This document shows, piece by piece, positions 9,401 to 20,900 of a stretch of DNA of 64,000 nucleotides (its first letter is position 1; each line of letters begins with the position of its first letter). Position numbers and translations under genes: made by a program. The notes beneath the pieces are model-generated. The model worked only from the letters and a program-made list of their open reading frames with translations, was not told the origin of the DNA and searched no databases. Source of the stretch: a virus. Lineage: Duplodnaviria; Heunggongvirae; Uroviricota; Caudoviricetes. The DNA lies in IMG/VR virus record IMGVR_UViG_3300024344_000001; one strand, given 5' to 3'.

Positions 9401-11991
9401 ACCCTGGTATTGGTGGTAGAGTAGCTAGATTCGCAGGTGGATTAGCTGGAAGAAGTGCTGGTGCTCTTGGTGCGGCTGGTTCCATAGCGGCTCCAATTGC
9501 AGGTACCGCTTTAGCTTTTGCTGCTATTAGTAAGTCTATTTCCGGTTTCATTGGTGCTCAACAAGAATACGAAAAGGCTATCAAGAAAGGTAATGAAGCA
9601 GAGGCACAGAAGTACGCCGTACTAAAAGAAGTACCTGGTATTATTCAGCTATTTGGTGATACTGCGGCTGTTGCAACTCTTGATTTCTTACATGCATTTG
9701 GTGGTGAATCTGCTGACCTTGTAAAATCTAGAGCTACGGCGGCGTTTGCTGCCGCTAAGGCCGATAGAGATAAAGAGAAAAATGCTCTGGCAGCATCTAA
9801 GGCCCTGGATGAATTCAAGAAGGGTGCGGTTGATGCTAAGGATGTTCTGAGTGCGTTTTCTAAGAACGCCCTAAATAACATTGAAGTACAAAAGGCTAAC
9901 CGTCAAACCATCAATGACCTGGAACAGAACAAGAGTGGTACTGGTTCATTTACTGCTAGAAATATTTTCACCCTGGGTGGACTTGTTGGGGAATCTAGTG
10001 CGGAGAAGAACGCTAGAATATCCAAAGAACAAGACGCCCTTAAGAAAGACAATAAAGATAGACAGACTGACATATTCAAGTCATCTACACAGGCTATTAG
10101 TGGTATAGCTAGAAACATTCCTCTAGACAAATCATTCCAGGATGTTATTGGTGCGTCTGATGGTTTTGCTAAAAGTCTACAAGGTCTAACTGACGAACAA
10201 AGGCAAAGCCTGGAAAGTATCTTCAACGCCGAGAAGAAGATTAGACGGGCTAACCTGGAATTCCTTAAGTCCCTGAACTTCGGTCTACAGGATGTAAACG
10301 GGGCCTTGGATGCCGCTGGTGTTTCCTTTACAAACTTCAGAGAAAGACAGAAGGGTACTGCTACTGCGTTTAGTCAGGGATCAAGAATACTAGGGGCGTC
10401 TCTAACGAGTGCTGCTAGATTTATCGATGATGGAGACTTCTCTAGATCTATTCAGGCGTTCAAGGATAACATTACACAGTTTGGTGGATCTCAGGAGCAG
10501 GCTAATACTGCCGCTTCTTCTATCGAGGCATTTAGGGCCGTTCAACAAGAACTACCTAATGCTCTTGCTAGACTACAGCAGAATCCTGACTTTACCTCTG
10601 GTGGACCGTTGGATGATGACGCTTTCATTAGGGAGATTGGTAAAGAACTAACTAGTACACTAGGGGCCGGTAATCCTGAACTAAAAAGAGTAATTGGTTC
10701 CTTTAGTAGTGTAACCGTAGACGATCAACTAAGAGAGAAGATCGCAGGTATCTTTGCGGACGGTGGAGATATTAGTGATATCTCTGAGAATCTACTTAAG
10801 CCTCTACGTAAGAGTGTTGAAGATAAACTGCTTCCTCTGATGGATAAAAGGGCTAAGCTAGAAGCTGAATACAACTCTGTTATCCGTAAGTTTACTGAGG
10901 AAAGACGTGCTCTTGATGAGAGATACGTACAGGCACAACAGAAGTCTATTGACCTTCTACTGTTTACTGCTAAGAAGGGTGTGGAGTTTGGTCTACGTGG
11001 TAGAGTAACATCACAAGAGAGATTAAGTAGAAGAATAGACCAGTTCAACATTGCCGCAGAAAATTCGGGTGTGTCAGGTTTGACTAGTGGTAGTGCGAGT
11101 GATATTGGTCGTGTGGCTAAGGAACTATTAGAGGCCGCTGATGTCCGTAACAGAAGTAGAATCAATGACACACGTAACGGAGTTAATAGACAGAGTAATG
11201 ATCCTCTTAGAGAACTAAGAACTACTTCTCAGGAACTGGTTAAGTTTTCTAAGCAAAGACTGGATATTCTAAAGGATGAACTAGATATAGCTAAGAAGAA
11301 GAACGCCGTAGAGAAGTCTAGCTTTGAGTCACTATTAACAGGTGATATCGAAGGGTTCTTTAAGGGCTTCGAGAGACAGTCCGCAGCTAACATTCTGAGA
11401 CAAGGTGGTAGCCTTCGTGGGTTCTCTGGTGATGCTATTCTAGGTGCTGTAAATGATAATCAAGGTCCTGGCGGTCTTACTCCACAGCAGATAGAAGATA
11501 GGTTGATTAGCTCTGGTGCATTTTTTTCTACTGGTCTAGGTCGTAGTGCTGCCGCATCTATTTCAGATAGTACACATGAACAAGATAGAATTAGAGGTCA
11601 GGCTGACTCTCTTCTAAATGTTATTAACAGTTTAGGGGGATTGGCTGAATCGTTTAATAGATTTGATTTTTCCGCTATCGGTGCTGAAATGCAGGCGACT
11701 ACCAAGGCATTCGAAAATGCTATGGGAATAGCTTCTAATCAAATTGCGGAAGCATTCACTAAGCTAGAGCCATCAGTAGAAGGTTTGAAGGAAATAGCAC
11801 AAAAAGGATTCCAGTTCACAGGACAACATGAACTTTCTATTAAAGTAGTTGGTGGTGTAAATGGTATGAACGATGATGCCGCTATTGCAGTAGTTATGCA
11901 TGGTATTAATAAGTCGTTCGAAAAAGGTCAGTTGAACCAGCAAGGAAAAATGGAAGTAACATTGACTAAAGAAGACTTTAAGGTAACTTAA
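6487..11991 (+). CDS. Tail tape measure protein (TP901-like core) with inserted domain
   Basis: 1834 aa, Ala/Gly/Leu-rich and helical; AIKFEREINKIAQVTG...LGVSSQELA core; two DTVPAMLTPGEFVI motifs typical of TMPs. Confidence 0.92.
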   Translation: MSRFVLNAQIQLQAPTNTAQVVRQIQRQLGNVNVRVNVTGQAQVQRQLNQTNTAVRNLNNNANALGRSFAVVVRRFAAFSIATRAVTLLSNKLSTAVDEAIKFEREINKIAQVTGKSVKSLQGLTAEITRLSVTLGVSSQELANVGRILSQAGFKANDLTFALKALAKTDLAPTFENIQKTTEGAIAVFNQFGQGAQALEGQLGAINAVAGKFAVESSDLIGAVSRVGGVFSSAGGSLNELIALFTSVRSTTRESAESIATGLRTILTRIQRPTTIKFLEELGVSLTDLNGKFIGPFQAVQALGKEFSRLEQGDLKFVQIAEELGGFRQIGKVIPLIQQSEVALEAYNVAKKGSNSLDKDVETAQKSLAVQIAQLREEWIALVRSFAETGTFRTLVKSSLELASSLAKVLESLKPLLPILAGGLLGRGAIAGAGGLRRVFGFNRGGMVPGSGNGDTVPAMLTPGEFVISKDSVNQIGAGTLAAMNENKFAAGGLVHGDRGHYGSLDKDGRSLVGKTKGLTLTEAISGGFKRSQLSSAFGKTAVDSALGVTAAQAQRGSSSKNKKNQITGGSYSGLFGVSFLEGNRTDISSTIRNVLRESGDIGKAKLEEALISSINRKNPNDKISDPRQIKSYIARGAKLKTRGVATFLQPEGREIFQDDIVGGLTGLFSKATSKFRGTEFDPKAAGIPIDKLVSKSALGSIKGNFFEAFVRRITKNAIQDSSKDGIFDFNKGSLSGAKGDIRKLFGRADFKFPNEFKVSDSDASISNSIGKAISSSSVKGAFRFLNSGGGISGQDTVPAMLTPGEFVINRESAQRIGRGNLEMMNRHGVTGFNGGGSVGGGAGGAGNIGRGFGLILLLQSLPAVLSDWTTTLDESGDKVSTISSRVFDGLSGLLTPIAAVVAGLQIMGVELSRNRLSTLNQAFNPLSGGKAATSGRISGFFRQFQNAGTRVSQGSGRGAFGRAGFGVRVNNPGIGGRVARFAGGLAGRSAGALGAAGSIAAPIAGTALAFAAISKSISGFIGAQQEYEKAIKKGNEAEAQKYAVLKEVPGIIQLFGDTAAVATLDFLHAFGGESADLVKSRATAAFAAAKADRDKEKNALAASKALDEFKKGAVDAKDVLSAFSKNALNNIEVQKANRQTINDLEQNKSGTGSFTARNIFTLGGLVGESSAEKNARISKEQDALKKDNKDRQTDIFKSSTQAISGIARNIPLDKSFQDVIGASDGFAKSLQGLTDEQRQSLESIFNAEKKIRRANLEFLKSLNFGLQDVNGALDAAGVSFTNFRERQKGTATAFSQGSRILGASLTSAARFIDDGDFSRSIQAFKDNITQFGGSQEQANTAASSIEAFRAVQQELPNALARLQQNPDFTSGGPLDDDAFIREIGKELTSTLGAGNPELKRVIGSFSSVTVDDQLREKIAGIFADGGDISDISENLLKPLRKSVEDKLLPLMDKRAKLEAEYNSVIRKFTEERRALDERYVQAQQKSIDLLLFTAKKGVEFGLRGRVTSQERLSRRIDQFNIAAENSGVSGLTSGSASDIGRVAKELLEAADVRNRSRINDTRNGVNRQSNDPLRELRTTSQELVKFSKQRLDILKDELDIAKKKNAVEKSSFESLLTGDIEGFFKGFERQSAANILRQGGSLRGFSGDAILGAVNDNQGPGGLTPQQIEDRLISSGAFFSTGLGRSAAASISDSTHEQDRIRGQADSLLNVINSLGGLAESFNRFDFSAIGAEMQATTKAFENAMGIASNQIAEAFTKLEPSVEGLKEIAQKGFQFTGQHELSIKVVGGVNGMNDDAAIAVVMHGINKSFEKGQLNQQGKMEVTLTKEDFKVT
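7849..8913 (+). repeat. Two copies of DTVPAMLTPGEFVI in the TMP (7849-7890 and 8872-8913)
   Basis: Identical 14-aa motif encoded with different codons, flanking an ~330-aa insert. Confidence 0.85.
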
Positions 11992-14900
11992 TGAGTAACG
12001 ATTACACAGCATCAATTGAATGTCTATGTGTCAAACCACTTTCAATCAGTATCAGTCCCAGCTTTGATGTAGATACAAGGCTGGTCGCTGATCCTGCTAA
12101 TATGAAGGTGTCAGTTGACCCATCGTTCGATGCTGCAATAACCGCAACTAGAGTCAGAACAATGTCTTGTTCTGTAGGACTAAACGTTAGCTCAAGTCCG
12201 AAGCTAAGCGTTAACGGAGTCCTTATGTCTAGTATCTCCCTAAATCTTGATCTAGACCCTGGATTAACTGCGATCTACGCTCCGCACGTTAATATTGACA
12301 CCTCCCTAAGTACCAGTCTATCTTACGTAGATAAACTGTCAGGAGACTTCGGTGATTATGAATGTGCTCAGAAGCTATATCCAATCGGTGATAAGACTAT
12401 TGATGCTCAGTTTGATCATTTTGTCGGTCCTCATAATGAGACTAGTGGACTCTATGATTTCATTGATGAGGGTGTATTCACGGGTGACTACGATGATAAG
12501 AATAGTGCTAGTGTTCGTCTTGCTGACGATAAATCTAGTTACATCCATCCTTCAGCCGTTCATACAATAGGTGAGTGGCAGTACAAGTGTGAAGTAACAG
12601 CCCCTATCTACAGCCCTGATGAAACCAGGCTGCGTATTCGTACTGCTGCCCCTATGGCTAACTCAGAAGTAGGAACGCCGCCTAAGTACACTATCTCCGG
12701 TATCATGCTGGAAGATCCGTCTGGTACTCTGATTGTAGAGTATGACGCTATCGTTCTACGTGGTGATGCGGACTTCTACGATCCAGACTATGTGAACTTT
12801 ACCACTTACTCAGTAAATGCCAAGACTAATAACATCCTGGCTTACCACGGTGGAGATCCTGAATATCCTCTTATGCAGGAGGGTAGCGGGTATACACTTA
12901 GATTCAATGTTATCGCTGAGGCACTTGATGATGCTTTTGACGGCGGTTTCAGTGCTGGCTTCGAAGAGAATAATCTATCACATGATCCATACGCTAGTGG
13001 TGATGACCATATGGCGTTTGCGGGTGCGAGTCTGTCTGATTACGATCAACAGTTCCTAAACCCAACACATGCTCTGAAAATCTCCGCTATTGAAATTTGC
13101 AACAGCGGTGGTATCGGTCCACGTATTGATAATGCCCTAAACATCTATTCCGCCGTAAGGGCAACTGGTAATAGAATTGAGAGAACTCTACTACCGTCTC
13201 TGGTTCCAACAACAGACTTCAGCACTATAATATGGCCAGACATTGACAGTGTATGGGTAGCTGATTCTACGTTCACTAATGAGACAGAGACCGGTTCCAA
13301 GAGGTTGATTCAAAACCTGAAGGATACCGGTAAAGACACATTCATTACTCTTCAGTCTACTACTATTACAGACTCCGGTAAACTTACTCTGAAGATGACT
13401 CATGGTAGCAATCCTAATAATCTGTTTGAGATTACTCCAGGGGCGTTTGACTCAAGCTTTGATGGATCTTCTGCGAATTGTATTTCAGACGGTGCATTCA
13501 ACCGCGAGAACAAGAACGTAGACTCTATGAGTGATCACTATTTCGACGTGGAGTGTGTGAAGCTACGTGTACTTGCTAAGAAGGCCGTTGGTTCTCGTGA
13601 CTACTACCTTGATGTAGTTGGTTACTCTGACGACAAACTTTTGAATATCACTTCTGCTAGTGGCGGATTCCTACAGAATCCTGCTGGTGGTTCAGGTACG
13701 CACCCTGTTAGCTCAGGGTTCGCAGGTAATCTTGAACTACTTGGGGGCGATGCCCTTTCCTCAGATGATGACTATGCTCTATCTAGTGGTAACCCAGGTG
13801 GTGACCATTACCTATTGACTACTATTCCATTGGTATCTGGCCTTGGATTTGAATGGTACGAGATTCCCCTACAGGTTTATGATGACACCGTAGATGTGGG
13901 TACATCCCGTGACTATAGTCTAAGCCCAATGTTTGAGAAGCTGTACCTGGATATCTACCCAATTCCATCCGGTGCAAGTATCGCTAAGGTTGAACTACTT
14001 GTAAGATACAAGCCTCAGAATGCATTCAACATGTTAACTGAGGGTGGTGAGAGTATCCGTAAGGTTACCAGTCCTGATGACAATGACGCCGTTAAGATCT
14101 TCCCTACAACAAGGGGGTCTGGTGACGACATTATCAACGCTGGCCCGGACTTCGCTCCGTTATCTACAATTGAAAATATACCCCATGCGTACACAACGCC
14201 AACCTCTATTAAAACCAATTACTCCAGACGTTGGAGAGGTATGGACGGCGTTAATACTGGGCCGTTCGATCCTGATCAGTTCGATTTCTCGTTCCAGTTC
14301 AGTACTGCTGATTCCCCGTTTATGTCTGGATCATACAATTTTGAAGGAGAGAGCGATCTAACTGTAAGACCTAATGTTGGTTCCTTAAGTGGTTACATTA
14401 CTACAAGCCTGTCTCCGTACAGATTCAAGAACCTTGGTTGGAGATTCCAGAACAACGACGTATTCTCTAATGAGATGTCAGGGTGGAGCAGCGACTACAA
14501 AACTATTGACTGGACAGCCCTATCAAACGGCGGTAGTAACTTTACCGGCGATAGTCTGTATGGTCAGATTGCGGATGCCTCCAAGAACTTTGTACGTCTA
14601 AGGGGACATCAGTCATACATTAACTTTGGTGATATTGGTACCAGTGGTACCTTTGCTACACATATTAGATTCAGCCCAGATGTGAATGTGTCTGGAGTTG
14701 GATACAATCTTTGGAACAGTGGGTGTTTGTTCTCCAAGTGGGACGCCGCTAATAATCTTGAGTTCGCCCTTCATTATGCTAGTGGCTACCTACGAGGGAT
14801 CGCTAGAGACACTGCCGGTACTGTGCATACCGTTCAGGACTCCACCCATTATTCTAATTACCAGTTCCCTCTAAGTGTTATCCTATCGTACTCTGGTGGT

Positions 14901-17900
14901 CTTCACCTATACACAGACAACGAGTTTGAGCCTAACTGGAACGTATTACGAGACAGCGGTGCTCCGTTCACCATGAACGTACAGGATAGTGACTTCGTAG
15001 TAGGTCATTCCCCTGGCTCTGGTGTAGGTTTCAACATGTTCGTGTCTGAGATCGGTATTTCAGAAAGAGCAAACATTACCCCGAGTGGAGCGGATAAGAC
15101 ACTTCAGCAGGTAGACGCCGAAACATATCTTGGTAACAATAGAGTATTCTGGTGGGACTCTGGTGAGAGCTACACTAATGACGCTTACAAGATCTGGCAG
15201 AACGTAGACGAAGATACTCGTCTTGACTGGACTATCGGAGCATTCAAGTTCTGTGAGTTTGATAGTTCCTTTGATATTATCAGTAAGAGAACTGGCCGAG
15301 ATCTAATCAACTTTCACCTTGTGCATGACGGTACTGCTTATATCACTAATGCAGACCTGGCTATGCCAAGTAACGTGGATAGCGGAGTAGCGTACCATAC
15401 ACAGGTAGAAAATGACTTCCTACGCTTCAACCTATCAGATACTCAGGCTCCGTTCTATTCTACACTTCGCCGTATAACTAAAGACCTTCCTCGTGGATAC
15501 AAGTTTGCAGAAGACGCCCTTGTAGTTGAAACAATTCTTGAACACAAGGCAAGTGGTAACATCGTATGGCCTAACGGCGATATTGGTCCTCGCCTTATCG
15601 TGTCTCTATACACTAAGAACAAAGATCCATACTGGACTCCTGATGAACCTAACTGGGGTTTGATCAACCGTGAGATTCATTATCTTGAGCCATCCTCTTG
15701 TATCACAAGAGTAGATAGTAAGTTCACCTACGATAGTATCTGCGATGAGTCTGAACAGTGGGCGATGTTCCCATCTGAACCACGTCTCTCTGAGTTTAGT
15801 GAGAAATACTTCTCTCAGGATGTGGATGATATGTTCCTACAGTATGACCTTGCATACCCATCCGGTAACGGATTTGAATCCAGACTTGACATTCACGCGG
15901 CCCATGTTCGTATGGATAACGCTTATGTGAGCAAGCAGTCTGATAACGACCAGGTTAACATTTCAACCAGCGGTGGATTCGTCGTTGACGAGAATCTAAA
16001 CATGTTCATACGTAACACTTGGGAAACCTCCAGTGGTAACGTAAACCTGTATACAATCGGCCCGCTTGACATCAATATATCTGGTTTTAACCTAACCACT
16101 AGCGGTGCGGTCATCATTCCTGATGAACTAAACTTGTTCACTGAGAACAGAGAAGTTCTTACTATCAGTGGAGTGAACCTTCACATCGATGGTAACGATT
16201 CGGTATTTACAGTATCTAGTGGAACTGTCAACCTACACACATTTGGTAAAGGCGTATTAACCTCTGCAAGCGGTAACAATCTAGGTATGGCGTTGACCGC
16301 CATGAGTAGCGATTCAGGTAATCTGCCAGATGCAGGTTTACTGAATATGTTCACACATGCATCAGACATTGGCACAGAGGGCCTGTATTCTAACATGCCG
16401 ATCTTCCTATTGAATAACATTCCGCAGGCTGGCTCTGATAACAAGAGCCTGAACCTGCGTGCTATCGGTACGAATGCCCTATTCTCAAGATACAACAACG
16501 GTTCTATGAACCTAAGTATCACAAACGACGAACAGTTTGTGTCTAAGAACATCAACCTAACATTGTACGGCGATAACATTGAGAGCGTACTGTCTAGTGG
16601 TCAGGTTAATCTATACGCTGCGAACTATGGTGAGGCCGGTGTTGGCTCTGATTACTTCAGGTGGTTCAACAACAACTACGGTTCAACTATCGATCTAACC
16701 GATAACGATTACGCTAAGCTTGCAGCCAGTGACGAGATTCGTGGTGTAGATACTATTGGCTACGGTTCTTGTGACGGCGATAGTCCAGACAAGGCAACTG
16801 ATCCTGAAATCGTAACAGACGATACTGTATGGAGACCAGAGACCTGTAATGACGGTGGGGTTATTCGTGGGGAGACCACATATACCAACGGTCTTGCTGG
16901 CTACAGTGGTAACTACTACGGTATCAGAAAATACACCGAGCTACTACCGCACTCTCCGTACTGGGCAACCATGACCATTAAGACCGGCGATACCGAGTCT
17001 ATCAGGGTGCCTAACGACTTTGAAGAGTGGGAGTATGGTATCACTAATGACGTGACATACGATCCTGTTAAGCAGGTTGCAGATGCCCCTATTACAATGG
17101 AGCCATCCGGCAGAAACGCTGGAGACAAGTATGGTAAGGCAGTCGCCGTAAGAGGCGACCTAATGGCCGTTGGTGCTCCGTTCCTAACTATCCCAGATAG
17201 TTCTGGTGAAGCTATCAATAATGCCGGTTCTGTGTTCCTATACCGCCGTGGTGCTGATATTCCTGGTGAGCAGGCCGCATGGGCATTTGAAGAACAGCTA
17301 TTGCTACCAAGTGGATATCGCCGTGACTTCTCAAGTGCGACTATTGCTAATCTAATTTGCTACCCAGATACCGGTAATCCAGAGTTCTGTGTTTCCGGGT
17401 ATAGGTGGAATGTAGGTATGGAGGGCCGTGAGTTCGGTCACTCTATCGATGTTGCTAACAGTGGTAACGAAGTAATCGTTGTCGGTGCCCCAGGTGCTAG
17501 CTGGAACAGAGACTTTGAAGAAATCACATCTTCTGGTATCCCGGTTACAATGGTTGTGTTTACTGATAAATTCACATATGATGAAGCTGCAATCGGTAAC
17601 ATCGCAAACACCGCTAATAAGTACGATGTTCTATACAGATACTTCTCTGCTCCGTGGAATGCAGGTGCTAGTGAGTTCCAGCCTAGACTTGATATCAATT
17701 TGATAGTTTGTCAGCTTGTATTCAGTGACCAAACAACTCCGCTTATTGAAAGTGAGTTTGATTGGTTCCATCACGTATACATTAACAGACTGGATGATAT
17801 CGATCTTAAAGCTGAGATCAGTGAAGCAGAAATTGAAAATGAAATGGCTAGTGGTGTTGAGGGTGCATTCCTTAGTTCCATTACCAGGAACACAGCTAAG

Positions 17901-20900
17901 CCTCACAGTAATATTCCGCCTATCATTGGTATCTTTACGGACAACTCTCCGTCTACCAAGAATACTGCGGCGTTCTCCCCTGTTGTTGATAGACTAAAGA
18001 ACTTCTATGAGACATATGCATACGATAGCGGGGTTATAAATCCTACTGATTTGTCTGCTCAGAGTGGGTACATCAACCAGATTAGTGCTCCATCTGAATC
18101 ATGGGGTGCATCAACTGTTAATCTACTAAACCAAACTCTAACTACTGGTAATCTACAGACTAACGACGCTCTGTTCTACATTACCTCTGGTATTGGTCAG
18201 CAGTGGGCTAATAGTAACGCATACCAATTCCAGATTCCTGCCCCTTCCGGTGGTAGAGCATATGTGTTCGAAAAAGAATCTGGTAATTGGAACCTTGTTC
18301 AAGAGATTAAATCTGGTAGTGAAAGATTGGTTAGTGCTGGCTATACTAATGACGGTGCTGAGCAACACTATGCCGGTTATGGAGTACAGCACAATGACCG
18401 ATTTGGTCACTCTGTATCTATCAGCCAGGATGGTGAAGTTCTAGCTATTGGGTCGCCGTATTCTTCTACTCCATTCGAAGTCTTCGAGAAGAACACTTCC
18501 GAAACCACTAGAATGTACAATGGTCTGAAATCATGGTTAACTTACAGAAGCAAAACAGATAGACTGGCCCGTTATAACCAGCTTGTAGCTGACTCAGGTG
18601 CTAATGTTGCACAGAGACAGGTCTACCACGAGCTATCTACTTCAGATAAGTTCTTCTTTAGAACAGATGAACTGTACTGGGGTAATGCAGGTATTATTGA
18701 GCCTTACCAGTCCATTTACTCATACGGGTATGGAAACATTCCTTATGTGGGAACCTGGAAGTTTATCCCAGATGAATACGCTGGTTCATCTAGAATTGGA
18801 TTTAGTACGGCGGTTTCTGAGGACGGCGATACTGTTGCGTTCGGTGCTCCTACTGACTCATTCAACAAGTACGATGACACAAACGTATGGTTTAAGGGCT
18901 ATGATACATGGGCCTCTTATACCAATGCGGGAGCGGTACGTGTATTCGAATCTCGTAAGTATTACCCACATAGCGGTGCGGTTGAATACTACAAGTTCGG
19001 TAACCTTGACAGAACTGCTAACCCAGATCTTGTAGGGCAGGGATACTATGACCAGATGGGTCTGTACTTCGCCCCTGATAATATTGACTTCACCAGAATG
19101 GAATTCGAGGCTCTTGATATTCCTCAGCACGCTGGTCTTGCGTTCATTATTACCCCAGAACTAGATGCGTCTTCTGACGAGGTTATTGATAACATCAAAG
19201 ACTGGATGTCTCTAGGAGACCGTACACTTGTGCTTGTTGGTAATGACCCAACCTGGGAAGACGGTGGTATCTACAAAGACTCCAATGATATCGTTAACAC
19301 GATTCTTGAGAAGCTTGATTCCAGAATGCGTCTACACCCAGCCCGTACTAAGTATGAGTCTCTACCGGCTCCGTTGACAACCGCAGATGTGGATGCAGAT
19401 AAGTACAATGTTGTTAGGGCGTTTAGACCAGCATACAGTAATACTACTTATGTGAATACTGGATCTATATTTGCTAACGGTGTTGCTGATATTCGTATTG
19501 ATTTATCAACTTACAACAAGGAAACTTTCAACTCATCTTCCCCATGCGACAACATTAACAGTCGCTGTGAAATGCCTCTGAAGCATGACGGCGACCTTCG
19601 TGCTCAGTGGAATAAGGAATGTACTAAGACGGTTGGTAACAAGGTGTTTATTGTTAAGTACAAGGAAAACTGGCCTCGTATGTTCGGAGCAAGTAATCCT
19701 TCTGATACATGTGATGCACCACCAAGTGCTCCAATTAACAGACCTAGCTATCAGCCTACTCCTATTCTAACGGCGGCTGAGCATATTCCACCATCAAGCT
19801 ATATCATTCCTGCTACCAGTGGTTACAACCAGTTTATTACCCCTGTATACGAGGAGGTTTGTGAAACTATTTACAGTACGTATCTTGACTTTGATGAACC
19901 GAATATTACTGATCAAGTAGGCTTCTTCCTAATAGCAGATCCTGAAGGATATCCAAGCGGAGATCCAAGTGGTATCTTTACATCTTTCGATGCTGGTACA
20001 TTCTTTGATCCAAGTGGTATCAATGGTAGAGATCCTATCCTACAGGCTACTGGAGATAGCTTCTTTCTTCCACCAGTACAGGACACCAGAAAAGTGTCTA
20101 ACATTTCTGATGTTATCACCGAAGAACTGTACTATGATGAAGATACGGATACTGATACAGGCTCCGTTGTATACCTAATGGCTGACCCTACATTTGAAGA
20201 CGAAGATAACCTGGGTTACACAAACAAGGCTACTTCTAACAATGACCAGAACATCTACTTCATCAATAATCTTATCATGATAGATTGTGGTGAGAATGGT
20301 AATGGGTCAGTTATTCAGATTGGTGGTTGGACTGGCCGTACATCTTTTGAGGATGCATACTCGGGATCAGCAGTTACACAAGCTTTGGATAGTTACGGTC
20401 AAGGACATACGGAGAATGTTACATACATTCCCGGTGAAGAAATTGATGTTTATACTAACGTTGTATGGATCGCAAACCCAACAGGTAAGCCTAGTGAATT
20501 TGAAGTCACTCTTCTAAAGAACTGGTTAAAGACCGGTAATAAGAAATTGGTGATCACTTATGATAACTCACAAGAGAGAGCATTTAATGTTACTTATCTT
20601 TGCGATGAGCTTGGTCTTAACAGTAAGCCTTGGTATTCTAATAGCGAAGGTGAGTACCTATCTCAGTCTAAGCATGATATTGATCGAGGTGGACAGCAAC
20701 TTGGTGGTATAGAAGCTCTCACTGGTTGTGATCTTGGTTATGGTTGGGATAGCTCCAGTAACTTCTGTGGTTCTTATTGTAGCACTACTGTTGAGTCTAT
20801 AGACTTTAACGGTAATAGATACATTCCAATTAACAAGGGTGCTAGAACCAATCGCGTTGTTTATTACAATGACGAGATCTGGGAGAATTACTGGAATGTA

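Noticed and set aside
10725-11171. Antisense and alternate-frame ORFs of 60-200 aa inside long genes (e.g. 7605-7949, 10725-11171, 22848-23450, 50516-50872, 51230-51658)
   Set aside because: Fully nested in well-supported genes, no recognisable motifs, typical shadow ORFs.
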